From: Kiritimatiellia bacterium
GTDB taxonomy: Bacteria; Verrucomicrobiota; Kiritimatiellia; RFP12; JBMNHG01
DNA: 64,000 nt
Direction of reading: 5' to 3'
NCBI GenBank assembly: GCA_050950285.1
Contig: JBMNHG010000006.1
Location: forward strand, 105,167-169,166
Shown here: positions 28,221 to 37,408 of the stretch, piece after piece
How the letters are laid out: each line of letters opens with the position of its first letter
How positions within the stretch are numbered: the first letter of the stretch is position 1
Position numbers and translations under genes: made by a program
Notes under the pieces: model-generated
The model's input: only the letters and a program-made list of their open reading frames with translations
Database searches by the model: none
Told to the model about the DNA's origin: nothing

Positions 28221-29402
28221 ATGCTGCGACGACTGGGACGATTGCGACGGGGCCTGTGTGCGGCAGGGTGTCTGGAATGGTTCTTCCTTGCGCCGGCGGC
28301 GGGCGCCGGGACGCACTTGTCCGGCTGGGCCGACTTCGACGCGCTCGTCGCCGCGGAATACGGCGCGCTCTCGGCTTCGGCGCTCTGCTATCCGCCCGGC
28401 GGAATCCGTTTCGGCATCTCGCATCCGCCGGTTTCCTTCGATCCCGCCGCCTTTGCCGCCTTGACCAACGCGTCGCCGCCCCGGACGCTTGCCGGCGTCC
28501 CGGCCTGGCCGCTGCGCATCGTCGAGACCCAAAGCGCCTCCCGCGTCTGGATCGCAACCGCCGGCGGCCTTCCGGTGCGCACGAGCGCCGTGCCGGCCTA
28601 CGACCCGGAGGCGTGGTCGCGCGCGGCCTACGGGGATCCGCCCGGATGGCTGTCCGGCGCGGACCTGGAACGCTGGTACCGCGAACGCGCCCGCGACCGG
28701 ATCGAACTGGGGCTGACCCTGATTCCCGCCGACCGCTTCGACGAGTACCTGGAGAACCTCCGCTCGGCGGCCACCAACGGGCCGGCCGGCCCCTCCGCCC
28801 CCGTGCCCCCCGCCGACACCAACCGTGTCGCCTTCGCCCTCGTCGCGCCGTCGGATCCGGGCCGCTTCGGCTTCACCCTCTACACCCCCGGCGACCTGCC
28901 GGTGGACATCTTCACGCGGACGAACCCCGCCGCCGGGCCGCTCTGGAACTACGCCGGGACGGTGCAGGCCTCCGCCCCGTTCACCCCCGCCGCCGTGGCC
29001 GCGCCGCACGCCGCCCTCTTCCTCCTCTCCGCGCGCGGCGACATCGACACCGACGGCGACGGCATCCCCGACGGCATGGAACTGCTCCACTTCGGCACGG
29101 ATCCCCTGCTGTGGGACACCAGCGGCGGCGGCCTCTCCGACTGGGTCAAGATCTACCGCTACGGCCTCGACCCGCTCCTGCGCGACAGCGACGGCGACGG
29201 CTACCCCGACGACGAGGAACTGCTGGCCGGCACCGACCCCGCGCAGGCCACGCCCGGGGCGGCCTCCGGCGCCATCCGCTACTACCGCGACGCCGACGAC
29301 CGCCTCACGGCGGTCCATACAGGCATGGACGGCGGGGCGGCCACCGCCGCGCCCACCCCCGCCGGCAACCCCGCCGTGCTGCAGGAGAGGAGCGCGCCAT
29401 GA
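28221..29402 (+). CDS. RHS-associated accessory protein with thrombospondin type-3-like Ca-binding repeats and a terminal YD-like motif
   Basis: The ATG at 28221 follows the RBS aaaaggaag. The sequence contains DIDTDGDGIPDGMELLHFGTDPLLWDTSGGGLSDWVKIYRYGLDPLLRDSDGDGYPDDEELLAGTDP and ends in IRYYRDADDRLTAV. The stop overlaps the RHS start (ATGA). Confidence 0.6.
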   Translation: MLRRLGRLRRGLCAAGCLEWFFLAPAAGAGTHLSGWADFDALVAAEYGALSASALCYPPGGIRFGISHPPVSFDPAAFAALTNASPPRTLAGVPAWPLRIVETQSASRVWIATAGGLPVRTSAVPAYDPEAWSRAAYGDPPGWLSGADLERWYRERARDRIELGLTLIPADRFDEYLENLRSAATNGPAGPSAPVPPADTNRVAFALVAPSDPGRFGFTLYTPGDLPVDIFTRTNPAAGPLWNYAGTVQASAPFTPAAVAAPHAALFLLSARGDIDTDGDGIPDGMELLHFGTDPLLWDTSGGGLSDWVKIYRYGLDPLLRDSDGDGYPDDEELLAGTDPAQATPGAASGAIRYYRDADDRLTAVHTGMDGGAATAAPTPAGNPAVLQERSAP

Positions 29403-32400
29403 AGCTGAGACCGGCACCGCTCCTCGCCCTCCTGCTGCCGCTGGCCGTTGCGACTTCCGCAACCGGAACACCGGAATGGACCGGCTGGCGCGTCAGTGGT
29501 CCCCCGGCCGTGCCGCCGCCGACGACCGGCCCCGTCGTGCGCCCCCTGGCCATGCCGCCCTCCGCGCAACCACCCCTCGCCGTGGCTCCGGATGCGGTCG
29601 TCCCCTGCGGCGCGCCGCAGCCCGTGCCCGCCTCGGGCTGGACGCCGGAACTGCCGCAGAGCGTCCCGCCCGGCGACGGGGAGCTGATCGCCGAGACGGC
29701 GCGCGGCCTCGACTACAATTGGGCACGCTGCTACCTCTTCGTCCGCGACCACATCCGCTTCGCCCCCTCCCCCGGCATCCTGCGGGGCGCCGGGCGCACG
29801 CTGCTCGACCGCGAGGGCAACGCCGCCGACCAGGCGCTGCTGCTCGTGGCGCTGCTGCGCGCCTCGGGATACACCGCCACCCTGATGCACGTCGCGCCCC
29901 CCGCCAATGAATTCGACGGCGGCTTCCGCATCCCGCTCGGCGGCACGGCGGACGGCTACGACGCCGCCGCCTGGCTCGGCTGCGCCACCGGTTCCGCCAC
30001 CGGGACCTGGAGCGACGTGAGCGGGCTGCTCGCCGCCGCCGGCCTGAAGGCCTACTGCGTCGGCTCCGGCGACTCTCCCGCCGGCTACGACGTGCGGCTG
30101 GAGCACTACTGGGCCGGGATCGTGCTCGATGGCTACCTCTACTATCTCGACCCCTGCTTCAAGCCCCGCCGGATCACGCCTCACCGCGACATCCTCGCCG
30201 ATGCCGGATACAGCCGGAGCAGCCTGCTGGCCGCCGCCGGCGGCAGCATCGGCCCCAGCCATGTGCAGGGACTCTCGGCCGGCGCCCTCGGCGCGGCCCT
30301 CGACCAGCTCGCCGCCCGGCTCGCATCCACCTGGCACGCCGCCAACCCAGTGGCCGCGCCACGGGCCTTCATCGGCGGCGACTCGGTCGTGCCGCAGGAC
30401 ATCCACGAGGACGCCTACCCGTTCCACGGAACCGTGGAGGGAGAACCCATCGACTTCCTGACGCAGCCTGACTCCTGGAAGAACGACCGGCGCACGGCGC
30501 TGACCGTCACGCATGGCACGGCCTCGAAAACCCTCTGGCTCGACGAGGTCGCCACGCGGCACGTCTGGATATCCTACACCGACTCCCCCGGCCACGCCTA
30601 TCCCGGGGCCGTCCTGCACGTGGACGACGAGACCGTGCTGGCCGAGTCCGCCGGCTCCGCGCAGGCCGCCGTGACCCTGACCCTGGCCGTCGACCATGCG
30701 TACCCGGACGCCAGCATGTCGGCCCCCTACGACCTCGTCCGCGCCACCACCAACACCTACGTCATCGTCCTCGGCATGGGCGGCGACCATCCCGGCGGCA
30801 TGCGCGCCTGGGCCGCCACCGAACTGGCGCGGGCCCGCGCCGCGGACGGAACCGGCGTGGCAACGCGCGCCCGCGCCCTCCAGTCCGTGGGCCAGCAGTG
30901 GCTGGCGCAGACCGCCCTTGTCAGCGACCTCGCCGGCCGCCTCGGCGGGGTACGCCGGGGCTTCTTCTACAACATCGGCATCGCCGGACAGTCCGGCTCG
31001 CCCTATGTCGACCTCAAGAACTGCTTCACCTACACGGCCGGCGATGCCTCGCGTTTCGGCGGCTACATGCTCTTCGGCAGCGCGCTCGAGCACGCCGTGC
31101 TCGACCAGGTCAACGCCCCGGACGCGCCCGCCGTCTCCACCGTGCGCATCCTCGCCCTGGCCAACGCCGCCGGCACGCCCGTCCACTTCGCCAACCACGG
31201 CAACTACGCCGCGACCGTGCGCCCGCTCCTCGCCAACTACCCGGCCGCGCAGCTCGACGCCTTCGCCACCGCCCTGGCGGCGGGCGGCACACTGCTGCTG
31301 CCCCGTGACGGCACCACCGTCCTCAACCAGTGGCAGGGCACGGGCTGGATCGAGCACGGCCCCTCCGGAGACACCTGGTCCACCGGCATGATCATCTCCG
31401 GCGGTCTGGCGGGCGGCTTCACCTCCAGACCCGGCGATGTCGATCCCGACGCCGTGGACAACGCCCACCAGCCCGCCCGCAACGACAACGCCGCCACCGC
31501 CAAGGAAAGAGCCGCCGACCCCGTCGAGCAGCCCTCCGGAGCCTACGTCTCCGAACACGCCGATCTCGTCATGGCGGGCCCCGCGCCGCTGGCCTGGACG
31601 CGCCACTACGACTCCCGCCGCCGCTTCGACGACGGCCCGCTCGGGCGCGGCTGGACACACGGCCTCGACGCCGCCGTCGTGCGCCACGCCGACCCCGACG
31701 CCCGCTTCGGGCGCGCCGCGCCCGAAGCCGCCGCCCCGACCGCCCTGGCCGTCGCCGTGGCCGACGACCTGCTCGCGGAGCAGGGCACGCTCCCCGCCGG
31801 GGAGGAGGCCCGCCGCCGCACCCTCGCGGCGCTGGTCGCGCAGTGGTGGACGGAACGGCTCACCGGCGGCACGGCCTCGGTACGCCTCGGCGCGCGCGCC
31901 CTGGCCTTCCAGCGCCGCCCCGGCGGCACCTACGCCGCCGCCCCCGGCGTCACCGCCACCCTCGCCGAGACCAACGGCCTCTTCACCCTCGCGGAGCGCC
32001 TCGGCGACACCTACGCCTTCGACGCCGCCGGACGCCTGGCGTCGGTCACCGACCGCTCCGGCAACGCCGTCACGCTGCACTACGGCGCGCAGGGTCGCCT
32101 CGCCGCCGTCTCCAACAGCTTCGGGCGCGCCCTCTCCGTGGGGTGGACCGGCGACCGCATCACTTCAGTCTCCGACAGCGCCGGACGTGCCGTCGCCTAC
32201 GCCTACGACGCCTCCGGACACCTCACCCGCGCCACCGACGCCGCCGGGTTCGCATGGACCGCCTCATACGCGCCCGACGGCGCGCTCCTCTCGCAGACCG
32301 CCCCCGGCGGACACACCACCATCCGCAACTTCTACAACGGCCTCGGCCAGGTCGTCCACCAGATCTCCGCCGCCGGACAGCCGTGGGTCTTCGGCTACGC

Positions 32401-35400
32401 CGCCGGAACCCGCTCATGGGACGCCGACCCCCACGGCCGCCGCGAGGTGCGCGGGCACGACGACGAGGGACGTGTCGTCACCCGCCTCCGCCGCGACGGC
32501 ACGCAGCACGACTACCTCCACGACGGCCACGGACGCCTGACCGCCCACATCGATCCCCTCTCCCGCATCAACCTCTTCGAGTACGACGCCCACGACCGCC
32601 TCGTCCGCTCCGTCCTGGCCGCCAACACGCCCGAGGCCCGCGCCACCGCCTTCGCCCACGACCACCTCCACCGCGTCACCGCCGTCACCAACGCCCTCGG
32701 CCTTGCGACCACCTTCGCCTACGACGACCGCGACCGCCTGATCCTGACGACCTTCCCAGACGGGAGCGCCCTCTCCGGCACCTGGACCGCCGCCGGCCTG
32801 CGCGCCACCGAGACGCTCCTCGACGCCGCCGGACGCACCCTGCGCCACACCACCTTCGCATACGACGGCGGCGGGCGTCCCGCCACACAGACCACGCAGG
32901 GCCGCGGCCTGCCGTCCCCCGTCACCACGGCCACCGGATTCGACGCCGCCGGCAACCTCGTGCGCGCCGAGGACGCCAACGGGCATGTCACCCGCTTCCG
33001 GTACGACGCCCGCGGCCTTCTCACCAACACCACCGATGCCGCCGGACACACTGTCCGCCGCACCTACGGCCCGCGCGGGATGCCCGCCGCCGTCACCGAC
33101 CCCCTCGGGCGCACCACCAGCCTCCTCTGGACGCCATCCGGCGAGCCCGCCGCCGTCCAACTGCCGGACGGCTCGCTCACGACCAACACGTACGACGCCG
33201 TCGACCGCCTGGCCTCCTTCACCGACACGCGCGGCACATGCGTCAGCCTCGACCGCGACGCCGCCGGGCGCATCACGCGCCGCCACACCCCCCGCTGGGA
33301 GGAGCGGACGTGGTACGACACCGCCGGCTGCGCCACCTCCGTCCTCGATGCCGCCGCCGTGCGCACGGACTACGGCCACGACTGGCTCGACCGCCCGGTG
33401 CTGGCGGTAGACGGACTGGACCGCGGCTGGTGGACGGCCTACGACGCCCTGGACCGCGTCACCGCCACCACCGATCCGCGCGGGCGCAGCCGCCAATACA
33501 CCCACGATGCCCTCGGACGCCGCACCGCCGCCATCCGCCCATCCGGCGCGACCGATTCCTTCGGCTACGACGCTCTCGGCAACTGGACCACCCACACCAA
33601 CGCCGAGGGGCGCGTCTATACCATGTCCTACGACGCCCTGTCGCGCCCCCTCGCCGCCACCAACGCCCTCGGTCAGCAGGCCTTTCTCAACGCCTACGAC
33701 CCCGCCGGCAACCTCACCAACCGCGCCGACGGCGCGGGCAACACCGTCCGCTACACCTACGACGCCCTCGACCGGCTGGTGGCGCGGGATGCCTTCAACC
33801 ACGAAGGGCACGAAAAACACGAAACCTTTACCTACGATGCGGTCGGTAATCTCCTGACCGCCTCGAACGAAACGGCATGCCTCTCATTCACCTACGACGT
33901 GATGGACAGGCTGGCCACCGCCACGACCGTCCTCTCAAATGCCACCTTCACCGCCGCCTACGCCCGCGACGCGGGCGGGCTGGTCACCAACCTGGTCTAT
34001 GCCCCCGGCAAAAGCGTTGCGCGCAGCTACGATGCCGACGGGCTGCTCGCGACGGTCAGCGACTGGCTCGGCCACACGTGGCACTTCGCGTGGGACGGCG
34101 CGGGCAAGCCTACCGGCGGCACGTCGCCCGGCGGCATCGCCGCCACCAACCGCTACGACGCGGCGGGGCGTCTCGCATCGTGGTCGGTCGGCACACTGGC
34201 CGGACGCACCGTCACCCGCGACGCGGCGGGACTCAAGACCCGCGAGGATATCACCGCCGGGCCGCACCCCGCGCCTGCCTTCGTGCGCTACGCCACCAAC
34301 ACCTTCGACGCCGCCGACCGCCTGGTGTCGGCCTCTGTGCGCTACGGCTCGCACACCAACGCCCCCGTTGCGGAGACCTACCTCTACGACGGCAACGGCG
34401 CCCTGACCAGCCTCGTATCCGGTTCAAACAGCGTCTTCACCGCCGCCTACTCCCCCCTCGGCCAGCTCTCCTCTCTGCGTCTCTGCGCCTCTGCGTTAAA
34501 CCACTCCTACGATCCCCTCGGCAACCGCCTCATCTCCGGCGAACGCCTCTTCATCCCCGACCATGCCGACCCCCTCAAGCGTCCGCTGATGGAGTGTGAC
34601 CTGTCCGGCAACGTCCTGCGCTACTACCTCTGGGCACCCGGACGGCTGCTCGGCTTCATAGACGCCGCTTCCGGCGCCCTCACCGTGGCCCACTGCGACG
34701 AGTACGGCTCCGTCGTGGCCCTCACCGACGAGGCCGGCAATACGCTCCACACCGCCTGCTACGGCCCGAATGGTCAGGACTGGGGCGCCACCGGCGCCAA
34801 TCCCACGCCCTTCGCCTGGCTTGGCGGGCATGGTGTTCAATGTGTCGCCGTTTCAGAACACCTCGGCCCGCTCTATCTCACCCGTCACCGTCTCTACAGT
34901 GCCAGTCTCCAGCGCTTCCTCTCGCCCGACCCCCTCGGCCTTGCCGGCGGTCTCAACCTCTACGCCTACGCCGAGGGCGACCCGCTCAGCTACATCGACC
35001 CGCTGGGGTTGTGCGGGGAGAGTGTTCTGGGCGCGGCGGCAAGAGGGTTTCTTGAGGGTTTGGGTGGCGGTTTGTCCATCATCGCCAACACGTTTAGTTT
35101 CGGCATGACGGATAGGCTCGGCTTGACGGATTCGGCGTCCTACGAGGGCAGCGAATACACGGTCTCGCGCGTCGCTTCAACAATCGCCCGCGAAAGCGCG
35201 ATCACCGCCGCGACGCTCGGTATCGGCACAGCGGCGCGCAGTGGCTCCGCCGCCGCCCAGACCGCCTACAAGGGCATTCTGGCGGTAGAGGCGGCAACGG
35301 GCGGCTGGCAGTTCGGAACCGGCGCATGGCAACTCTCCGAGGGCGATTACGAGGCGGGCGCCCTGAACATGGCTGCCGGCGGCCTTCGCGTCGGGGGCAG

Positions 35401-35707
35401 CGTCGCAAGCGCGAGGGCGTTTGCGCCGAAGAGCGAAACAACGGTTATAGGCCGTGTTAAAGACCTCCAGAATCTTAGGCCAGGGGAAAAATCGCTTCTG
35501 GATCGGCTGCCAAACCTAGGCAATCCCAAGGCTAATTGGAAGCAAAATTCCGGTGTACTTCGTCAAGAGATGAACCGTGGATTGCCGATTCGAGATGCAT
35601 CTCCGGGTGACACAGGCGGTCAGTTCTTGAATGCAGAGCGGTATCTGCTCAGGGACAGAGGATGGACATTTGATTCGGCGACAAGTAAATGGATGCCTCC
35701 GCAATGA
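29399..35707 (+). CDS. RHS-repeat polymorphic toxin (2102 aa): Sec signal peptide, transglutaminase-like domain, YD-repeat shell, RHS core, C-terminal toxin domain
   Basis: MKLRPAPLLALLLPLAVATSATG is the signal peptide. The shell starts at DPVEQPSGAYVSEHADLVMAGPAPLAWTRHYDS. Dozens of YD repeats follow (YxYDxxGRL/N). The core ends at LYAYAEGDPLSYIDPLGL (about 35010), followed by a 231-aa variable C-terminus. Confidence 0.9.
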   Translation: MKLRPAPLLALLLPLAVATSATGTPEWTGWRVSGPPAVPPPTTGPVVRPLAMPPSAQPPLAVAPDAVVPCGAPQPVPASGWTPELPQSVPPGDGELIAETARGLDYNWARCYLFVRDHIRFAPSPGILRGAGRTLLDREGNAADQALLLVALLRASGYTATLMHVAPPANEFDGGFRIPLGGTADGYDAAAWLGCATGSATGTWSDVSGLLAAAGLKAYCVGSGDSPAGYDVRLEHYWAGIVLDGYLYYLDPCFKPRRITPHRDILADAGYSRSSLLAAAGGSIGPSHVQGLSAGALGAALDQLAARLASTWHAANPVAAPRAFIGGDSVVPQDIHEDAYPFHGTVEGEPIDFLTQPDSWKNDRRTALTVTHGTASKTLWLDEVATRHVWISYTDSPGHAYPGAVLHVDDETVLAESAGSAQAAVTLTLAVDHAYPDASMSAPYDLVRATTNTYVIVLGMGGDHPGGMRAWAATELARARAADGTGVATRARALQSVGQQWLAQTALVSDLAGRLGGVRRGFFYNIGIAGQSGSPYVDLKNCFTYTAGDASRFGGYMLFGSALEHAVLDQVNAPDAPAVSTVRILALANAAGTPVHFANHGNYAATVRPLLANYPAAQLDAFATALAAGGTLLLPRDGTTVLNQWQGTGWIEHGPSGDTWSTGMIISGGLAGGFTSRPGDVDPDAVDNAHQPARNDNAATAKERAADPVEQPSGAYVSEHADLVMAGPAPLAWTRHYDSRRRFDDGPLGRGWTHGLDAAVVRHADPDARFGRAAPEAAAPTALAVAVADDLLAEQGTLPAGEEARRRTLAALVAQWWTERLTGGTASVRLGARALAFQRRPGGTYAAAPGVTATLAETNGLFTLAERLGDTYAFDAAGRLASVTDRSGNAVTLHYGAQGRLAAVSNSFGRALSVGWTGDRITSVSDSAGRAVAYAYDASGHLTRATDAAGFAWTASYAPDGALLSQTAPGGHTTIRNFYNGLGQVVHQISAAGQPWVFGYAAGTRSWDADPHGRREVRGHDDEGRVVTRLRRDGTQHDYLHDGHGRLTAHIDPLSRINLFEYDAHDRLVRSVLAANTPEARATAFAHDHLHRVTAVTNALGLATTFAYDDRDRLILTTFPDGSALSGTWTAAGLRATETLLDAAGRTLRHTTFAYDGGGRPATQTTQGRGLPSPVTTATGFDAAGNLVRAEDANGHVTRFRYDARGLLTNTTDAAGHTVRRTYGPRGMPAAVTDPLGRTTSLLWTPSGEPAAVQLPDGSLTTNTYDAVDRLASFTDTRGTCVSLDRDAAGRITRRHTPRWEERTWYDTAGCATSVLDAAAVRTDYGHDWLDRPVLAVDGLDRGWWTAYDALDRVTATTDPRGRSRQYTHDALGRRTAAIRPSGATDSFGYDALGNWTTHTNAEGRVYTMSYDALSRPLAATNALGQQAFLNAYDPAGNLTNRADGAGNTVRYTYDALDRLVARDAFNHEGHEKHETFTYDAVGNLLTASNETACLSFTYDVMDRLATATTVLSNATFTAAYARDAGGLVTNLVYAPGKSVARSYDADGLLATVSDWLGHTWHFAWDGAGKPTGGTSPGGIAATNRYDAAGRLASWSVGTLAGRTVTRDAAGLKTREDITAGPHPAPAFVRYATNTFDAADRLVSASVRYGSHTNAPVAETYLYDGNGALTSLVSGSNSVFTAAYSPLGQLSSLRLCASALNHSYDPLGNRLISGERLFIPDHADPLKRPLMECDLSGNVLRYYLWAPGRLLGFIDAASGALTVAHCDEYGSVVALTDEAGNTLHTACYGPNGQDWGATGANPTPFAWLGGHGVQCVAVSEHLGPLYLTRHRLYSASLQRFLSPDPLGLAGGLNLYAYAEGDPLSYIDPLGLCGESVLGAAARGFLEGLGGGLSIIANTFSFGMTDRLGLTDSASYEGSEYTVSRVASTIARESAITAATLGIGTAARSGSAAAQTAYKGILAVEAATGGWQFGTGAWQLSEGDYEAGALNMAAGGLRVGGSVASARAFAPKSETTVIGRVKDLQNLRPGEKSLLDRLPNLGNPKANWKQNSGVLRQEMNRGLPIRDASPGDTGGQFLNAERYLLRDRGWTFDSATSKWMPPQ
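33794..33826 (+). repeat. In-frame short tandem element (cacgaaNNg-type, reverse orientation) inside the main RHS gene
   Basis: ttcaaccacgaagggcacgaaaaacacgaaacc encodes FNHEGHEKHET. Confidence 0.7.
34473..34504 (+). repeat. In-frame triple-tandem element (ctctgcg x3 + ttaaa) inside the main RHS gene
   Basis: ctctgcgtctctgcgcctctgcgttaaaccac encodes LRLCASALNH. It matches the intergenic copy at 44127-44158 at 29 of 32 positions. Confidence 0.75.
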
Positions 35708-36285
35708 GCAAGAAACGAGTTACCGACCGAGCTCTTCTTCGCTTTACTGATGAAGTTAAAGCCCGTTTTGCCTTTCTAGAAGCACGAGGCTTTAACTGTG
35801 TCAGCACCGACGTAACGCTTGTGCGATTCGAGTCGCCAGAACTCGGCGTCAACATTTTCCATGGGCGGCAATCATACGAGATTGGACTTGAACTTGAATC
35901 ATTAGTGTCGAAGACTGAGAAATATTCCTTCTCTGAACTTCTTCGCCTTGTCGATCAGGAGCGAGCCGAGTGCTACAGATCGTTTGCCGCGACGAACGCC
36001 GAGGGAGTAGCCGAAGGAGTGCGTCAGTTGGCGGATAGTGTTCAACAGTGTATCGCTGCCGGTCTCTTGGATGATACCGAACTCTTTTCACGTCTCAAAC
36101 GGCAACGTCATGATCTAACCAAAAAACTCTCTCTGGATGTCCAACTCCAGCACGCTCGACGAAAAACTGAAGCTGCCTGGCATACCAAAGACTACGCAAC
36201 AATAGTAAGAATCATGAAACCTCTGCGTACGTATCTTTCGGCGTCTGAAGTTGCAAAGCTGGAGTTTGCCGAGAAGCATATCTGA
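35704..36285 (+). CDS. Putative cognate immunity protein of the main RHS toxin
   Basis: The ATG overlaps the RHS stop (ATGA). It has no signal peptide, is AT-richer than the genome, and occupies the position typical of an immunity gene. Sequence starts MSKKRVTDRALLRFTDEVKARFAFLEARGF... Confidence 0.6.
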   Translation: MSKKRVTDRALLRFTDEVKARFAFLEARGFNCVSTDVTLVRFESPELGVNIFHGRQSYEIGLELESLVSKTEKYSFSELLRLVDQERAECYRSFAATNAEGVAEGVRQLADSVQQCIAAGLLDDTELFSRLKRQRHDLTKKLSLDVQLQHARRKTEAAWHTKDYATIVRIMKPLRTYLSASEVAKLEFAEKHI

Positions 36286-36400
36286 ACCCTCTGTTTTAAT
36301 CGTTCGCCGGAATTAAATGTTGTCATCTTGCCGCAATCATTTAGATGAAGCGAGTGCCTCGCATCACGCTTCGTCACTCGCTGATGACTTTAGTATGATG

Positions 36401-36690
36401 ACAGATATGCAGCAGGTATCGCATAGGCATGTTACGCATCACATCGCAGCATTAGTTGCTGCGATAGTGCTGCCTTTTGCTGTGCTGGCCTATGCGCCTT
36501 TGCCATCCGATGCTTCGGTTTCACCGGCTCGCGTCACTGTAAGCACAGCACCAGTTAGTGATGGTTTCACCTACGACCCTGTCGGCAACCTCACCAACCG
36601 CGCCGACGGCGCGGGCAACACGGTACGCTACGCCTACGACGCGCTCGACCGGCTGGTGGCGCGGGACGCCTTCGGCCACGATGGGCACCA
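36401..36690 (+). repeat. Dispersed repeat copy A (orphan leader plus first YD repeats)
   Basis: About 90 percent identical by eye to 42141-42430, including an exact 78-bp run (36501-36578 = 42241-42318). Confidence 0.9.
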
Positions 36691-36712
36691 AGCTAGCAGA
36701 GAGGAATTATGA
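36407..36712 (+). CDS. Truncated orphan RHS fragment 1: signal-peptide leader plus about two YD repeats, then a premature end
   Basis: MQQVSHRHVTHHIAALVAAIVLPFAVLAYAPLPSDASV...FTYDPVGNLTNRADGAGNTVRYAYDALDRLVARDAFGHDGHQ. It is homologous to the main RHS at about 33700-33800. Alternative in-frame ATGs lie at 36395 and 36398. Confidence 0.6.
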   Translation: MQQVSHRHVTHHIAALVAAIVLPFAVLAYAPLPSDASVSPARVTVSTAPVSDGFTYDPVGNLTNRADGAGNTVRYAYDALDRLVARDAFGHDGHQASREEL

Positions 36713-37344
36713 AGGAAATCGCCCGATTGGAACAAAACGCGCTCTTCAAGGGAAAGCGCCTGTTCATTTTGCAGGACGATGGACACTTGAAAGTCTACTC
36801 GTCATACGGGGGGCGAAAGCAGGAGTTCTTGGTCGATATTGGCCGCCTCAACCCGGAGCCCTTCCGTGATTCGATGTCGGCCAGGCTTTTTATTGCAATC
36901 TTATGTTTTTTTGCGTTGTTGTCGATCTTGTTTGCTGTTCTCATTATCTTGCGTTGGCCAGAACTGGATGCGGATGCCAAGCTAGTTCTTTTTTTGGCTT
37001 TAGGTGTGTTCGGCTTTGGAGCTTTGCTATGCTGGCGCGAGTATCTGCGACAGAGCTACGACACCTATGCTTTTCACGACGTATTCACGGGACAAAGCAT
37101 CATTTTTCTGGCAAATATTCCGTCGGAAGACCTCTTCATGGATTTTGTCAGCAAGCTGCAAGCCGAAATTCGTTCTATACAGAAGCGAAACGCATCTGCC
37201 GCAAGGCTGTCGCTGGTGGAACAGATCGAAGAGCTCGGAAGGCTGAAAGCAGAAGGCTTACTGGATGACGAGGAGTTTGCCAGGGCTAAAAGCAACCTCA
37301 TTGAAGCCTCGCGACTGCCAGCGGCCATAGGGTTCAAACCTTAA
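36709..37344 (+). CDS. Membrane protein with a C-terminal SHOCT-like domain (possible orphan immunity protein)
   Basis: Two TM helices (LFIAILCFFALLSILFAVLIIL, LVLFLALGVFGFGALLCW) and the C-terminal LVEQIEELGRLKAEGLLDDEEFARAKSNLI. ATGA overlap with the upstream fragment. Confidence 0.6.
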   Translation: MKEIARLEQNALFKGKRLFILQDDGHLKVYSSYGGRKQEFLVDIGRLNPEPFRDSMSARLFIAILCFFALLSILFAVLIILRWPELDADAKLVLFLALGVFGFGALLCWREYLRQSYDTYAFHDVFTGQSIIFLANIPSEDLFMDFVSKLQAEIRSIQKRNASAARLSLVEQIEELGRLKAEGLLDDEEFARAKSNLIEASRLPAAIGFKP

Positions 37345-37408
37345 TTGCATTGCTGATTGAACTGTAACAGAAGAATAGAACCATGAAGAACAATCTAGCA
37401 CGGAATTA

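Noticed and set aside
28157-29398. N-terminal 414 codons of the 2516-aa track ORF upstream of the RHS start. The same pattern occurs at 57590-58702 upstream of the acyl-CoA synthetase and at 11095-12351 upstream of TrmB.
   Set aside because: The translation is Arg/Pro-rich nonsense that overlaps better genes in other frames or strands. The real starts are marked by signal peptides, RBS or ATGA overlaps at 29399, 58703 and 12352.
28221-35707. Assignment of the RHS protein to T6SS, CDI or ABC-toxin (TcB/TcC) delivery
   Set aside because: No PAAR, VgrG, Hcp, two-partner-secretion, TcA or TcB-like sequence is visible in the window or at the RHS N-terminus. Only a Sec signal and a transglutaminase-like domain are present, so the delivery route is left open.
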